From assembly GCA_965221775.1 (NCBI GenBank), contig CBDCSU010000006.1, forward strand, positions 2,048,001-2,112,000: a stretch of 64,000 bases of DNA, in the 5' to 3' direction. Below are positions 8,559 through 18,527 of the stretch, one piece after another. A model generated the notes under the pieces. The model was not told where the DNA came from, did no database searches, and saw only the letters and a list, made by a program, of their open reading frames with translations. The position numbers and the translations under genes are program-made. The DNA is from Candidatus Latescibacterota bacterium (GTDB lineage Bacteria; Latescibacterota; UBA2968; UBA8231). How positions within the stretch are numbered: the first letter of the stretch is position 1; each line of letters opens with the position of its first letter.

Positions 8559-9718
8559 CCGTCATCGATTCCCACGCCTACTGCTTTCCGCCCGGGGATT
8601 CCCCCGCCGGCCACGCCACCGCCGCCGACCACCTGAAGTGGGTCCAGGGCGGCCAGGCCTCCCACCACCAGCCGGCCTGGCGCATCCGCGACCGCGCTCC
8701 CGCCTCCTCCGAGGTGCTGGCCGCCCCCGGCGGGGCGATGGACTTCGACAACCTGCCCGATGTCGACTTCCGCGTCGATCACGACAAGGGGCGGGTCGTG
8801 TGGATCATCGACGGCGAGGACTACACCAAGCAGTTCTACCCGCCCAACCTGTCGCACCTGGAGTACACGCCCCACAACCTGATCGCCGAGATGGACTACG
8901 CCGGCGTCGACAAGGTTCTGCTCCACGTGGACGCCATGCTCGGCCGCGGTCCGGCCTTCCAGGCCGAGGCGGTCGCCGCCGACCCGGGGCGCATCTTCTC
9001 CATGGTCCCCGTCGACGAGTGGCGTCTCGCCCGAGAGCTGGAGGCGGTCACCGCCGAGACCGTGGCCGCCGTGGAGGAGCACGGGCTGCACGCGATCAAG
9101 TTCAACCCGCCCCACGCCTACTACTACCGCTCCGACCCGTGGGACGGCGAGCACCTGCGGCCCTTCTGGGAGGCCGTGGCCGGCCTCGGGGTGCCCGTGT
9201 TCTTCACCCTCGGCACCGGCCCCGGCGAGGCCTCGGTGACCCAGGGCCTCGAGAGCCGGCGCCGCGGCTACCTGGCCGAGTTGGAGATCCTGGCGCGCTG
9301 GATGGAGCGCTGGCCGGAGGTTTCGTGCTCCCTCACCCACGGCTTCCCGTGGCGCCTGTTCCTCGACGACGAGCCCTCCGGCTCGCCGACGCGGGTGGTG
9401 CTGCCCGATGGCGTCTGGGCCCCCTTCGACAACCCCAACCTGAGCCTGGAGGTCTGCTTCCCGGTGCGCCTGGGGGACCTCTTCGACTACCCGTACCGGG
9501 AGCTGTGGCCGACGCTGGAACAGATGGTCGAGCGCATCGGCGCGGGGCGGCTGCTGTGGGGCACGGACATGCCCTTCCAGAACCGGTTCTGCACCTACCG
9601 CCAGTCGCGCCGCTGGATCGAGGAGTACTGCGAGTTCCTCTCCGCCGAAGACCTGGCCGCGATCATGGGCGGCGCCTGCGCCCGCGTCCTCGGCCTCGGC
9701 GGCGAGACGGAAACCTGA
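8555..9718 (+). CDS. amidohydrolase family 2 protein
   Basis: IDSHAY, EMDYAGVD, RLLWGTDMP, IMGG. Confidence 0.85.
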   Translation: MTVIDSHAYCFPPGDSPAGHATAADHLKWVQGGQASHHQPAWRIRDRAPASSEVLAAPGGAMDFDNLPDVDFRVDHDKGRVVWIIDGEDYTKQFYPPNLSHLEYTPHNLIAEMDYAGVDKVLLHVDAMLGRGPAFQAEAVAADPGRIFSMVPVDEWRLARELEAVTAETVAAVEEHGLHAIKFNPPHAYYYRSDPWDGEHLRPFWEAVAGLGVPVFFTLGTGPGEASVTQGLESRRRGYLAELEILARWMERWPEVSCSLTHGFPWRLFLDDEPSGSPTRVVLPDGVWAPFDNPNLSLEVCFPVRLGDLFDYPYRELWPTLEQMVERIGAGRLLWGTDMPFQNRFCTYRQSRRWIEEYCEFLSAEDLAAIMGGACARVLGLGGETET

Positions 9719-9741
9719 TAGCGAGAGAGGAGAAGGAGCAC

Positions 9742-10818
9742 ATGTCCGAAGAGACGAGGTACCGCTCGGCGATCGTGGGGCTGGGCTTCATCGGGGGCGC
9801 CGACCAGGTATCGGGCGACGGCGTCGGCCAGCGCGTGGTCGACCTCGACGGCACCCACGTGGCGGCCCTGCGCGGCCACCCCCGGGTCGACGTGGTCGCC
9901 GGCAGCAGCCGGGACGACGGCCGCCGGGAGCGTTTCCACGCCACCTACGGGGCGCCCGTCTTCGCCGACTGGCGCGAGATGCTGCGCGAGGCGGCGCCCC
10001 TGGACATCCTGTCCGTGGCCACCTACACCCCCACCCACGCCGAGATCACGGCGGCGGCGGCGGAAGCCGGCGTGCGCGCCATCTACTGCGAGAAGCCGAT
10101 CTCGGCGACCCTGACCGAGGCCGAGGAGATGCTGGCCGCCTGCGGCAGGTCCGGGACCCTGCTGGTGGTCAACCACAACCTGCGCTTCCACCCCGGCTAC
10201 CGGCAGCTGCGGGACCGCATCGCCGAAGGCGCCCTCGGCACCCTGACCTCGGCCTCGGTCCAGTGGACCTCCGGACGCCTCGGCAACGTGGGGACGCACC
10301 AGTTCGACGCCGTGCAGATGGTCACCGGCCTACCGGTGACCGCCGTCTCCGGCACCCTGGACTTGTCCGGGAAGCCCGACTGCCGCGGCCCGGATTTCAT
10401 CGATCCCGGGGGCTGGGGCATGCTGCGCCTCGGGCGCGACCTGCCCGGGGACGGCGAGGGGCCCATCGGCGACCTGATCTGCATGGTCGACGGCGCCGAC
10501 TACGGCACGGCGCCGCCGCGCCACCGCTACCACGGCACCGAGGGCTACGCCACCTGCCGCAAGCGCGACATCGAGATCGTCCGCGGCGACGACCGCGAGC
10601 TGATTCCCGACGACTCCCCCGACAGCGGCATGGACCGCGCCGTGGCCGAGATCGTCGACTGGCTCGACGGGGCGGGACCGTTCGGCTACGACGCCTCCGA
10701 GGCGGTGCGCACCCTGGAGGCGATCGTCGCCTTCCACGCCTCCCACCTCGCCGGCGGCGCCTGGGTCGAGCTGCCCCTGTCCGGCGCCGACCGCGACATC
10801 GTCGTGCGCTCCGGCTGA
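9742..10818 (+). CDS. Gfo/Idh/MocA oxidoreductase
   Basis: IVGLGFIG, CEKP, GTHQFD; AAGGAG RBS before ATG 9742. Confidence 0.9.
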   Translation: MSEETRYRSAIVGLGFIGGADQVSGDGVGQRVVDLDGTHVAALRGHPRVDVVAGSSRDDGRRERFHATYGAPVFADWREMLREAAPLDILSVATYTPTHAEITAAAAEAGVRAIYCEKPISATLTEAEEMLAACGRSGTLLVVNHNLRFHPGYRQLRDRIAEGALGTLTSASVQWTSGRLGNVGTHQFDAVQMVTGLPVTAVSGTLDLSGKPDCRGPDFIDPGGWGMLRLGRDLPGDGEGPIGDLICMVDGADYGTAPPRHRYHGTEGYATCRKRDIEIVRGDDRELIPDDSPDSGMDRAVAEIVDWLDGAGPFGYDASEAVRTLEAIVAFHASHLAGGAWVELPLSGADRDIVVRSG

Positions 10819-10824
10819 AGGAGG

Positions 10825-11550
10825 ATGGACGATCCCATGTTCGGTGAGATCCGCAACTCCCGGGGCGAGAGGCTCGAGTACACCTTGCACGAGGGCCGCG
10901 GCGAGGGCCTCGTCGTCATCGGCCACGGCGTCACCGGCAACAAGGACCGGCCCTTCGTGGCGGCCCTGGCCGAGGGCCTGTCGGCGGCCGGCCTGCACGC
11001 CCTGCGCTTCTCCTTCGCCGGCAACGGCGGCTCCGAGGGGCGCTTCGCCGAGTGCACCATCTCCAAGGAGGTCGACGACCTGGGCAGCGTTCTCGCCGCC
11101 GTGGGCGAGCGGCCCCTGTGCTACGTCGGCCACAGCATGGGCGCCGCCGTGGGGGTGCTGCGGGCGAGCTTCGACCGCCGCATCGGCTGGCTCGTGTCGC
11201 TGGCCGGCATGGTCCACACCCGGGCCTTCGCCGAGCGCGAGTTCGGAGAGGTGACGCCCGACGAGGGCTGCATGTGGGACGAGCCCGACTGCCCGCTCTC
11301 GAGTGCTTACATGCGGGACATGGCCGCCATCGGCTCGGTCGTCGACAAGGGCGCCGAGGTCTCCGTGCCGTGGCTGCTCTATCACGGCACCGAGGACGAC
11401 GTGGTGCCCCTGCAGGACTCGAAGGAGATCGTCTCCCGGGCCCCGCGGGCGGAGCTGGTGGCGCGGAGGGGAGCCGACCACGTCTTCAGCGACGATGCGG
11501 CCCCCATGGTGGAGCTCGTCACCGGCTGGATCTCGCTGCAGATGGGCTGA
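10825..11550 (+). CDS. alpha/beta hydrolase
   Basis: GHG, FAGNGGSEG, GHSMG, HGTEDDVV, ADHVF; true start may be ATG 10837. Confidence 0.88.
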   Translation: MDDPMFGEIRNSRGERLEYTLHEGRGEGLVVIGHGVTGNKDRPFVAALAEGLSAAGLHALRFSFAGNGGSEGRFAECTISKEVDDLGSVLAAVGERPLCYVGHSMGAAVGVLRASFDRRIGWLVSLAGMVHTRAFAEREFGEVTPDEGCMWDEPDCPLSSAYMRDMAAIGSVVDKGAEVSVPWLLYHGTEDDVVPLQDSKEIVSRAPRAELVARRGADHVFSDDAAPMVELVTGWISLQMG

Positions 11551-11551
11551 G

Positions 11552-12334
11552 ATGGCCTGGACCTTCAGCGAGCGCCACCTCGAGGAGCACGGCATGCTGG
11601 GGTACACGGTCTTCGCCGGGATCGTGCCGCCGCCGCTGCTGGCCGACCTGCGCCGCGTCTGCCAGCGGGCCCGGGAGCTGGCCCGCGAGCGCTCGGGTCC
11701 GCAGGCCCAGCGCCTGCAGCCGGTCTTCGAGTACGACCTCGACCACCGGCCCTTCACCGACTTCGCCGAGCTACCCGAGCTGGTGGACGCCGTCCACAGG
11801 ACCCTGTCCCCGGAGCACACCTTCGGCCTGCGGGACGGTCTCGGCGTCCTGCTGGAGCCGGCGGACGAGCCCTGGTGCACCCACTGGCACCGGGACTGGC
11901 GCGACAACGTCCTCGACCTCGACCGCGAGCGCTGGGAGGCCGACTACCGGGATCCGGCGCTCTTCAACCAGCTCAACTGCGCCCTCTACGAGGACTCCTC
12001 CACCTGGGTGGTGCCCGGCTCCCACCTGCGGCCCGACCTGCCCCGGGAGGAGGCGCGCTTCCCGGAGCGGCCCGTGCCCCGGCCGGAGCTGGCGGGGCTC
12101 ACCTTCGAGGAGCGGGAGCGCGCCTGCCTGGAGTACTGCCGCTCCCTGCCCGGCGCCCGCCAGCTGCACCTCGGGGCCGGGGACTTCTGCCTCTACCGCA
12201 ACACCCTGTGGCACATCGGCAGCTACGTGCCCTACCGCACGCGGGCGACCCTGCACGACCACGTGGATACCCCCGCGTACCGGGCCTGGCGCGAGAGCGA
12301 GCGCGACGCGGCGAGGCGGCGACGGGAGAGTTGA
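11552..12334 (+). CDS. PhyH-family Fe(II)/2OG dioxygenase
   Basis: WHRD, VVPGSH, GD....TLWH. Confidence 0.85.
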   Translation: MAWTFSERHLEEHGMLGYTVFAGIVPPPLLADLRRVCQRARELARERSGPQAQRLQPVFEYDLDHRPFTDFAELPELVDAVHRTLSPEHTFGLRDGLGVLLEPADEPWCTHWHRDWRDNVLDLDRERWEADYRDPALFNQLNCALYEDSSTWVVPGSHLRPDLPREEARFPERPVPRPELAGLTFEERERACLEYCRSLPGARQLHLGAGDFCLYRNTLWHIGSYVPYRTRATLHDHVDTPAYRAWRESERDAARRRRES

Positions 12335-12354
12335 ATCGGCCGGGGCGCGCTGCC

Positions 12355-13539
12355 ATGACCGGGAGCGACTATCGGAAAATGCTGCGCGCGGCGGTCCTCG
12401 AGGACGCGACCTTCCTCCGTCTGACGATGAGCGGCAGGCGGCAGGGCAGCGACCTGCAGTGGCACAAGGCGGTGGTGCGCCCCGTCCTGATTCAGGGACA
12501 GCCGAGGATGCAGTTCTCCTGGTTCGATGGCCGCAAGGACATCACCGAGAACTGGGCGGATTCGGACCTGGAGCAGAAGCTGGAGGAGGCGCTGGCCCTG
12601 CCCTTCCGGCAGTTCCACCTGCAGGCGACCTCCGGCGACCTCTATGTGCGCGTCAGCAGGAAGGACAAGCCTCTCATCAACCGCACCCCGGCCTCGCTGT
12701 CCGGCCAACCCCTCATCGCCCACGACCGGGTGAAGGGGCATCTTCTGCCCCGTGGTACGCCGGACATCCTCCTGCAGGCCCTGGGCATCATGGACGGCAG
12801 CGGCCGCGTGCGTCCGCCGGCGCAGGGCAAGTTCCGCCAGGTCAACGAGTTCCTGCGCATCGTGTCACAGGTGGTGGATGAAGCGAATGGATCGGAGCGG
12901 CCCCTCGATATCGTGGACTTCGGCTGCGGCCGCGCCTATCTCACCTTTGCCGCCTATCACTACCTGCACCACATGCAGGGGCGTCCGGTCCGCGTTACCG
13001 GAATCGACCGCGACCGGGAGTTGGTGACGAAGTGCGACCGTCTGCGCGACGAGCTGGGTTGGACCGACCTTAGCTTTCGGACGGCGGCGATCTCCGACCT
13101 CGTGCTGGAGCGGCCGCCGGACCTGGTGCTGAGTCTGCATGCGTGCAACACCGCCACCGACGAGGCGCTGGCCCAGGGGATCCTGCAGGGCAGCGGCATC
13201 ATCCTGGCCGCGCCCTGCTGCCAGCACGAGCTGCGCCCGCAACTCCAGGCGCCGCTGTTCCAACCGGTGCTGCGCCATGGCGTGCTCAAGCAGCGTACCG
13301 CCGAAATCCTGACCGATGCCCTGCGGGCCTTGACGCTGCGCATCATGGGCTATCGCACCGACGTCCTGGAGTTCGTCGATCCCGAACACACCGCGAAGAA
13401 TCTGCTGATCCGGGCGCGGCGCGGACTGCCGCCCGGCGACCCGGACCTGGTTCGGGAGTACCGGGAGCTTCGGGACTTCTGGCAGGTGACACCGACGCTC
13501 GAGGGGCTCGGCAGCACCTTCGGGCAATATGTCGAATAA
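12355..13539 (+). CDS. SAM-dependent methyltransferase (Methyltransf_32-like)
   Basis: KFRQVNEF, VDFGCGRAYLTF, LHACNTATD, PCCQ, HTAKN. Confidence 0.88.
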   Translation: MTGSDYRKMLRAAVLEDATFLRLTMSGRRQGSDLQWHKAVVRPVLIQGQPRMQFSWFDGRKDITENWADSDLEQKLEEALALPFRQFHLQATSGDLYVRVSRKDKPLINRTPASLSGQPLIAHDRVKGHLLPRGTPDILLQALGIMDGSGRVRPPAQGKFRQVNEFLRIVSQVVDEANGSERPLDIVDFGCGRAYLTFAAYHYLHHMQGRPVRVTGIDRDRELVTKCDRLRDELGWTDLSFRTAAISDLVLERPPDLVLSLHACNTATDEALAQGILQGSGIILAAPCCQHELRPQLQAPLFQPVLRHGVLKQRTAEILTDALRALTLRIMGYRTDVLEFVDPEHTAKNLLIRARRGLPPGDPDLVREYRELRDFWQVTPTLEGLGSTFGQYVE

Positions 13540-13575
13540 CGGACGGGGAAGATCGACCAGAGGGAGAGAATCGCC

Positions 13576-14385
13576 ATGGATGTGTTGAGCAGGGAAGAGC
13601 TCGAGTTCTTTGCCGAAGAGGGATATGTCGTCGCCCGTGAGGTGATCGACCGCGATCAGGCCGAGCGTACGGCACGCGCCGTGTGGGCCTTCACCGGCAT
13701 GGACCCGGACGATTCAGGGACCTGGTACCCTGAGGAGCGGCGCGGCATCATGGTCGAGATCTACCAGCACCAGACCATGTGGGACAACCGCACCGCCCCG
13801 CGGGTGCACCGGGCCTTCAGCCAGGTCTGGGGGACCGACAAGCTGTGGGTCAGCCACGACCGGGCGAGCATCAGCCCCCCGGCCCTGGACAAGGACGCGC
13901 CCGAGCACGGCCTGCACTGGGACGCCTCCCTGGACAACCGCCCGTTGCCCTTCGGCGTGCAGGGCGTCCTCTACCTGAACGACACGCCCGCCGAGCAGGG
14001 GGCCTTCGTCTGCGTGCCGGGGTTCCACCGGCGCCTGGAGGCGTGGCTCGACGAGTTGCCGGAGGGGGCCGACCCCCGCGGCCAGGACCTGCTGGCCCTG
14101 GGGACGCGTCGCATCGGCGCCGAAGCGGGGGACCTGGTCATCTGGCGCACCGCCCTGCCGCACACGGCCAGCCTAAACCGCGGCGACAGTCCCCGAGTGG
14201 CGCAGTACATCACCATGAGTCCCGCCGGCGACAGCGAAGAGGCGCGGCGCAAGCGCACCGACTTCTGGCAGCGGCGGCTCTCCGGGCTGGGGCGCTACGC
14301 CGAGGAGCGCGAGGCCCGCGAAGGGAAGACGGCGGAGCTGACGAGCCTGGGGCGGAAGCTGGCGGGGGTGGATCCGTGGGAGTGA
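13576..14385 (+). CDS. PhyH-family Fe(II)/2OG dioxygenase
   Basis: FFAEEGYVV, LHWD, VQGVLYL.D, VPGFH, AGDLVIW...LPH. Confidence 0.88.
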   Translation: MDVLSREELEFFAEEGYVVAREVIDRDQAERTARAVWAFTGMDPDDSGTWYPEERRGIMVEIYQHQTMWDNRTAPRVHRAFSQVWGTDKLWVSHDRASISPPALDKDAPEHGLHWDASLDNRPLPFGVQGVLYLNDTPAEQGAFVCVPGFHRRLEAWLDELPEGADPRGQDLLALGTRRIGAEAGDLVIWRTALPHTASLNRGDSPRVAQYITMSPAGDSEEARRKRTDFWQRRLSGLGRYAEEREAREGKTAELTSLGRKLAGVDPWE

Positions 14386-14437
14386 GTCGGCGGCGGGAGG
14401 GGAGTGAGAGTAGATTTGTGGCCGGAGCAGGCATTCT

Positions 14438-17400
14438 ATGACTGAGCGTTTCTTCGAGCGACCGATTCTCAACTCCCCCTACGAGCGCCCGTCCCGGCAT
14501 TGGGAGCTGGACGAGACCGGACAGCCGACCCAGAGAATCATCGAGAGTCGCCGCAAGGCGGAGTTCATCACGCCGATCCCGAAGCCCCGAAAGCGCAAGG
14601 GGGCGGGGCAGCAGGCCCTCGTATTCGACGAAAAGGCGCAGAAGCTCGGGACCGATGGCCAGCAGTACGACCTGACCGCCATCATCAATGGGGTTCGCCA
14701 GGAGGTCGACCGCTGGCGCGAGCTGCCGGAGGCTCAGTGGCAGGTGACCCCGGAGACGGCCCGCCTGCTCCGGCACTGGCGGCACCACCACTTCAGCGGC
14801 ATCCGTCCCTTCTTCTGCCAAGTCGAAGCGGCGGAGACGGCCATCTGGCTCACCGAGGTCGCCGGCTCGCGAGCGGGCCGGGGCTTTCTCGATCATCTGG
14901 CCAACGCCAACGACGAGGCCAACCCGGACTTGCCTCGCCTGGCCCTCAAGCTGGCAACCGGCGCCGGCAAGACCACGGTCATGGCCATGCTGATCGCCTG
15001 GCAGACTGTCAACGCGGTGCGCCGGCCTCAGAGCCGTCGCTTCACCCGCGGCTTCCTCGTGGTCACCCCAGGGATCACCATCAAGGACCGTCTGCGCGTC
15101 CTGCAGCCGAACGACCCGGACAGCTACTACCAGCGCCTCGAGCTGGTCCCCAACGACATGCTTCCCGACCTAGAGAAGGCGAAGATCGTCATCACCAACT
15201 ACCACGCCTTCAAGCTCCGCGAGCGCATGGAGATGTCCAAGGGGGGCCGTTCCCTGCTGCAGGGACGGGGCGAGTCGATCGCCACCTTGGAGACCGAGGG
15301 GCAGATGCTGCAGCGGGTCATGCCGGAGCTCATGGGCCTGAAGAGTATCCTCGTCCTCAACGACGAGGCCCACCACTGCTACCGCGAGAAGCCGGGAGAG
15401 GCGGAGGAAGAGACGCTGAAGGGGGACGACAGGAAGGAGGCCGAGAAGAACACGGAGGCCGCCCGGCTGTGGATCTCAGGGCTGGAAAACGTCGGCGAGA
15501 AGCTGGGCATCAACCGGGTGATCGACCTGTCGGCCACCCCCTTCTTTCTGCGCGGCTCCGGCTACGCCGAAGGCACGCTGTTCCCCTGGACGATGTGCGA
15601 CTTCTCGCTCATGGATGCCATCGAGTGCGGCATCGTCAAGCTGCCCCGCGTGCCGGTGGCCGACAACATTCCCGGCGGCGAGATGCCGAAGTTCCGCAAC
15701 CTGTGGGAGAATATCCGCGAGGACATGCCGAAGAAGGGGCGGAGCAAGGCCAGCCACCTCGATCCCTTGAGTCTGCCCGTCCAACTGCAAACTGCCCTGG
15801 TCGCGTTGTACGGTCACTACCACAAAGTCTTCGAGGGAATGCAGAAGGCGGGCATTGCCGTGCCCCCCTGCTTCATCGTCGTCTGCAACAACACCTCCAC
15901 CTCTAAGCTGGTCTACGATTACATCTCCGGCTTCCACCGCGAGAACGAGAACGGTTCGACGACGTTCGAGAACGGGCGCCTGGAGTTGTTCCGCAACTTC
16001 GAGGACGACGGCACCCAACTCCCGAGGCCCCACACCCTCCTGATCGACAGCGAACAGCTGGAGTCCGGGGAGGCGCTGGACAGAAACTTCCGGCAAATGG
16101 CCGCCGACGAGATCGAGCGCTTCCGGCGGGAGATCGTCCAGCGCACCGGGGACCTCCGCCAGGCCGAGAAGATCACCGACCAGGATCTCCTCCGGGAGGT
16201 CATGAACACTGTGGGGAAGGAGGGCAGGCTCGGCGACTCGATCCGCTGCGTGGTGTCTGTGTCGATGCTGACCGAAGGGTGGGACGCGAACACTGTCAGC
16301 CACGTGCTCGGGGTCCGCGCCTTCGGGACGCAGTTGCTCTGCGAGCAGGTCGTCGGCCGCGCCCTGCGGCGCCAGTCTTACGATCTGAACCAGAAAGGCA
16401 GATTCAACGTCGAGTACGCCGACGTGCTTGGGATACCCTTCGACTTCACCGCCAAACCGGTAGTGGCGCCGCCCAAGCCGCCAAGACCGACGGTCCATGT
16501 GCATGCAGTGCGGCCGGAGAGGGACTCGTTGGAGATCCGTTTTCCGCGGGTGGCCGGGTACCGAGTGGAGCTGCCTGAAGAGCGGCTAGAAGCTGCCTTC
16601 AACGAGGATTCGGAGTTTGTCCTGACCCCCGAGGTGGTCGGGCCCTCGATTACGAGGAACCAAGGGATCATCGGCGAGGGGGTCGACCTCAACCTTGTCC
16701 ACACCAAGGGCCTGCGGACCTCGACCCTCCTGTTCCACCTGACTCAGCGCCTGCTCATCACGAAGTACCGGGACCCGGGGCAGGAGCCGAAGCTCCATCT
16801 CTTTGGGCAGCTCAAGCGGATCACCAGGCAGTGGCTCGACGGCTATCTCGTCTGCAAGGGGGGCACCTGGCCGGCCCAGCTCATGTACCAGGAGCTTGCC
16901 GACTTGGCTTGCGAGCGGATCGCCGCGGCCATCACCCGAGAGGGGATCGACACCCGCCCGGTCAAGGCGGTCCTCGATCCGTACAATCCCGTCGGTTCGA
17001 CCGCCCACGTTAACTTCAACACCACGAAGACGAGCCGCTACGAGACCGATTCCCGTCGCTGCCACGTCAACTGGGTCGTCCTCGACAGCGACTGGGAAGC
17101 GGAGTTCTGCCGCGTCGCCGAGTCTCATCCGCAAGTCAGGGCCTACGTCAAGAACCACAACCTCGGCCTGGAGGTCCCCTACCGGTCCGGCTCGGAAACG
17201 AAGACGTACCTGCCGGACTTCATCGTTCTCGTCGACGACGGCCGGGGCGACGACGATCTCCTGAACCTGATTGTCGAGATCAAGGGGTACCGGGGGGAGG
17301 ACGCCAAGGACAAGAAGGCGACCATGGACACCTACTGGATTCCCGGGGTGAACAACCACGGGGATTACGGTAGGTGGGCCTTTGCGGAGTTCACCGATGT

Positions 17401-17476
17401 CTTCGAGGTAGAAGCCGCATTCGATCGTTTGGTTGAGGAGCTTGGCTCCGAAGTGGAGATCCAGGCCAGCGAGTGA
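14438..17476 (+). CDS. res: type III restriction enzyme, Res subunit (SF2 helicase + PD-(D/E)xK nuclease)
   Basis: ATGAGKT, DEAHH, SATP, MLTEGWD, EQVVGRALR; C-terminal YLPDF...VEIKG. Confidence 0.93.
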   Translation: MTERFFERPILNSPYERPSRHWELDETGQPTQRIIESRRKAEFITPIPKPRKRKGAGQQALVFDEKAQKLGTDGQQYDLTAIINGVRQEVDRWRELPEAQWQVTPETARLLRHWRHHHFSGIRPFFCQVEAAETAIWLTEVAGSRAGRGFLDHLANANDEANPDLPRLALKLATGAGKTTVMAMLIAWQTVNAVRRPQSRRFTRGFLVVTPGITIKDRLRVLQPNDPDSYYQRLELVPNDMLPDLEKAKIVITNYHAFKLRERMEMSKGGRSLLQGRGESIATLETEGQMLQRVMPELMGLKSILVLNDEAHHCYREKPGEAEEETLKGDDRKEAEKNTEAARLWISGLENVGEKLGINRVIDLSATPFFLRGSGYAEGTLFPWTMCDFSLMDAIECGIVKLPRVPVADNIPGGEMPKFRNLWENIREDMPKKGRSKASHLDPLSLPVQLQTALVALYGHYHKVFEGMQKAGIAVPPCFIVVCNNTSTSKLVYDYISGFHRENENGSTTFENGRLELFRNFEDDGTQLPRPHTLLIDSEQLESGEALDRNFRQMAADEIERFRREIVQRTGDLRQAEKITDQDLLREVMNTVGKEGRLGDSIRCVVSVSMLTEGWDANTVSHVLGVRAFGTQLLCEQVVGRALRRQSYDLNQKGRFNVEYADVLGIPFDFTAKPVVAPPKPPRPTVHVHAVRPERDSLEIRFPRVAGYRVELPEERLEAAFNEDSEFVLTPEVVGPSITRNQGIIGEGVDLNLVHTKGLRTSTLLFHLTQRLLITKYRDPGQEPKLHLFGQLKRITRQWLDGYLVCKGGTWPAQLMYQELADLACERIAAAITREGIDTRPVKAVLDPYNPVGSTAHVNFNTTKTSRYETDSRRCHVNWVVLDSDWEAEFCRVAESHPQVRAYVKNHNLGLEVPYRSGSETKTYLPDFIVLVDDGRGDDDLLNLIVEIKGYRGEDAKDKKATMDTYWIPGVNNHGDYGRWAFAEFTDVFEVEAAFDRLVEELGSEVEIQASE

Positions 17477-17577
17477 CCAGCCACTCCGTGGCGGGTACAT
17501 CATGGTGCGGCGTAGGAACAGGCCACGGGGCTTTGGCCACTAGGCTCCCGAGTTCAGAAATCGAGAGAGGAAAGAAC

Positions 17578-17787
17578 ATGGGATACACGGCAATCGTGAA
17601 ACGCAGGGGCGGATGGTGGATCGGCTGGATCCAGGAAGTACCCGGCGTCACCTGCCAGGAACGCACCCGCGAAGAGCTCGTGGACACGCTCGCCGTCACG
17701 CTCGGGGAGATGTTGGAGATCAGACGCGAGGCGGCCCGATCGGCGGCCGGCGACGGCTATGAGACGGCAAAGATCTCCGTTGCATGA
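17578..17787 (+). CDS. hicB: HicB family antitoxin
   Basis: YTAIVK..GWWIGWI.EVPGV.CQERTREEL; 69 aa. Confidence 0.85.
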   Translation: MGYTAIVKRRGGWWIGWIQEVPGVTCQERTREELVDTLAVTLGEMLEIRREAARSAAGDGYETAKISVA

Positions 17788-17846
17788 AGCGCAGGACGCT
17801 TCTCAGGCACTGGCGGCGGCACGGCTGCACGGACCGGATGATCTGA
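17784..17846 (+). pseudogene. hicA: truncated HicA toxin (20 codons)
   Basis: ATGA overlap with hicB; MKRRTLLRHWRRHGC resembles HicA N-termini, then stops before the catalytic GxH. Confidence 0.65.
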
Positions 17847-17872
17847 CGACCGGCACGGAAAGAAGAAGGTCG

Positions 17873-18163
17873 ATGAACAGAGATGAAGTCCTGAAGTTGC
17901 TCCGAACCCACAAGGCGACACTTTCCCAACGCTTTGGCGTCACTGGACTCGCCCTGTTCGGTTCCTTCGCCCGCGACGGAGCTACGGAGAACAGCGACGT
18001 TGACATCATGGTTCGCTTTGACAAGCCGGCCACTTCAGACGCCTACTTCGGCACCCAGTTCTACTTGGAGGACCTGCTGGGCCATTCAGTCGATCTGGTG
18101 ACCGACAAAGCCCTGCGAGCGGAGATACGGCCGTACGTGGAGCGGGAGCTCGTCAATGTGTGA
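17873..18163 (+). CDS. minimal nucleotidyltransferase (MntA-like antitoxin)
   Basis: LFGSFAR.....SDVDI GSX10DXD motif, VDLVT. Confidence 0.9.
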   Translation: MNRDEVLKLLRTHKATLSQRFGVTGLALFGSFARDGATENSDVDIMVRFDKPATSDAYFGTQFYLEDLLGHSVDLVTDKALRAEIRPYVERELVNV

Positions 18164-18527
18164 CGATGACCAACAGGCGCGTAAGTGGCAACTCTACATA
18201 CAGGATATGATCGCATTCAGCGAGAGAGCCCTGTCCTATACAAGTGGGATGGACCAGGATACGTTCATCGCCGAAGTGCTCGTCTACGATGGAACCTTGC
18301 GCAATCTGGAGCTGATCGGGGAGGCGGCGACCCACATCCCGGGTGAGGTGCGCGAGGCTCATCCTGAAGTTCAGTGGCGGCGCATCATCGCAACGCGGAA
18401 TCGCTTGGCTCACAGTTACCTGGGTATGGACGACGACGTTATCTGGGACATCATCCGGACCGACGTCCCGAGACTGCTGACGGCACTGCGAGAGCTGCTG
18501 GAAGCGACCAACGAGGACTCCTCATAG
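18156..18527 (+). CDS. HepT/DUF86 HEPN ribonuclease toxin
   Basis: LELIGEAA, W..I..TRNRLAHSY (RX4HXY). Confidence 0.9.
   Translation: MCDDDQQARKWQLYIQDMIAFSERALSYTSGMDQDTFIAEVLVYDGTLRNLELIGEAATHIPGEVREAHPEVQWRRIIATRNRLAHSYLGMDDDVIWDIIRTDVPRLLTALRELLEATNEDSS

Noticed and set aside
8638-9741. Long N-terminal extensions in track ORFs (starts 8638, 2688, 11875, 40701, and 46181 on the minus strand)
   Set aside because: They overlap real upstream genes in another frame; starts reassigned using RBS and domain boundaries
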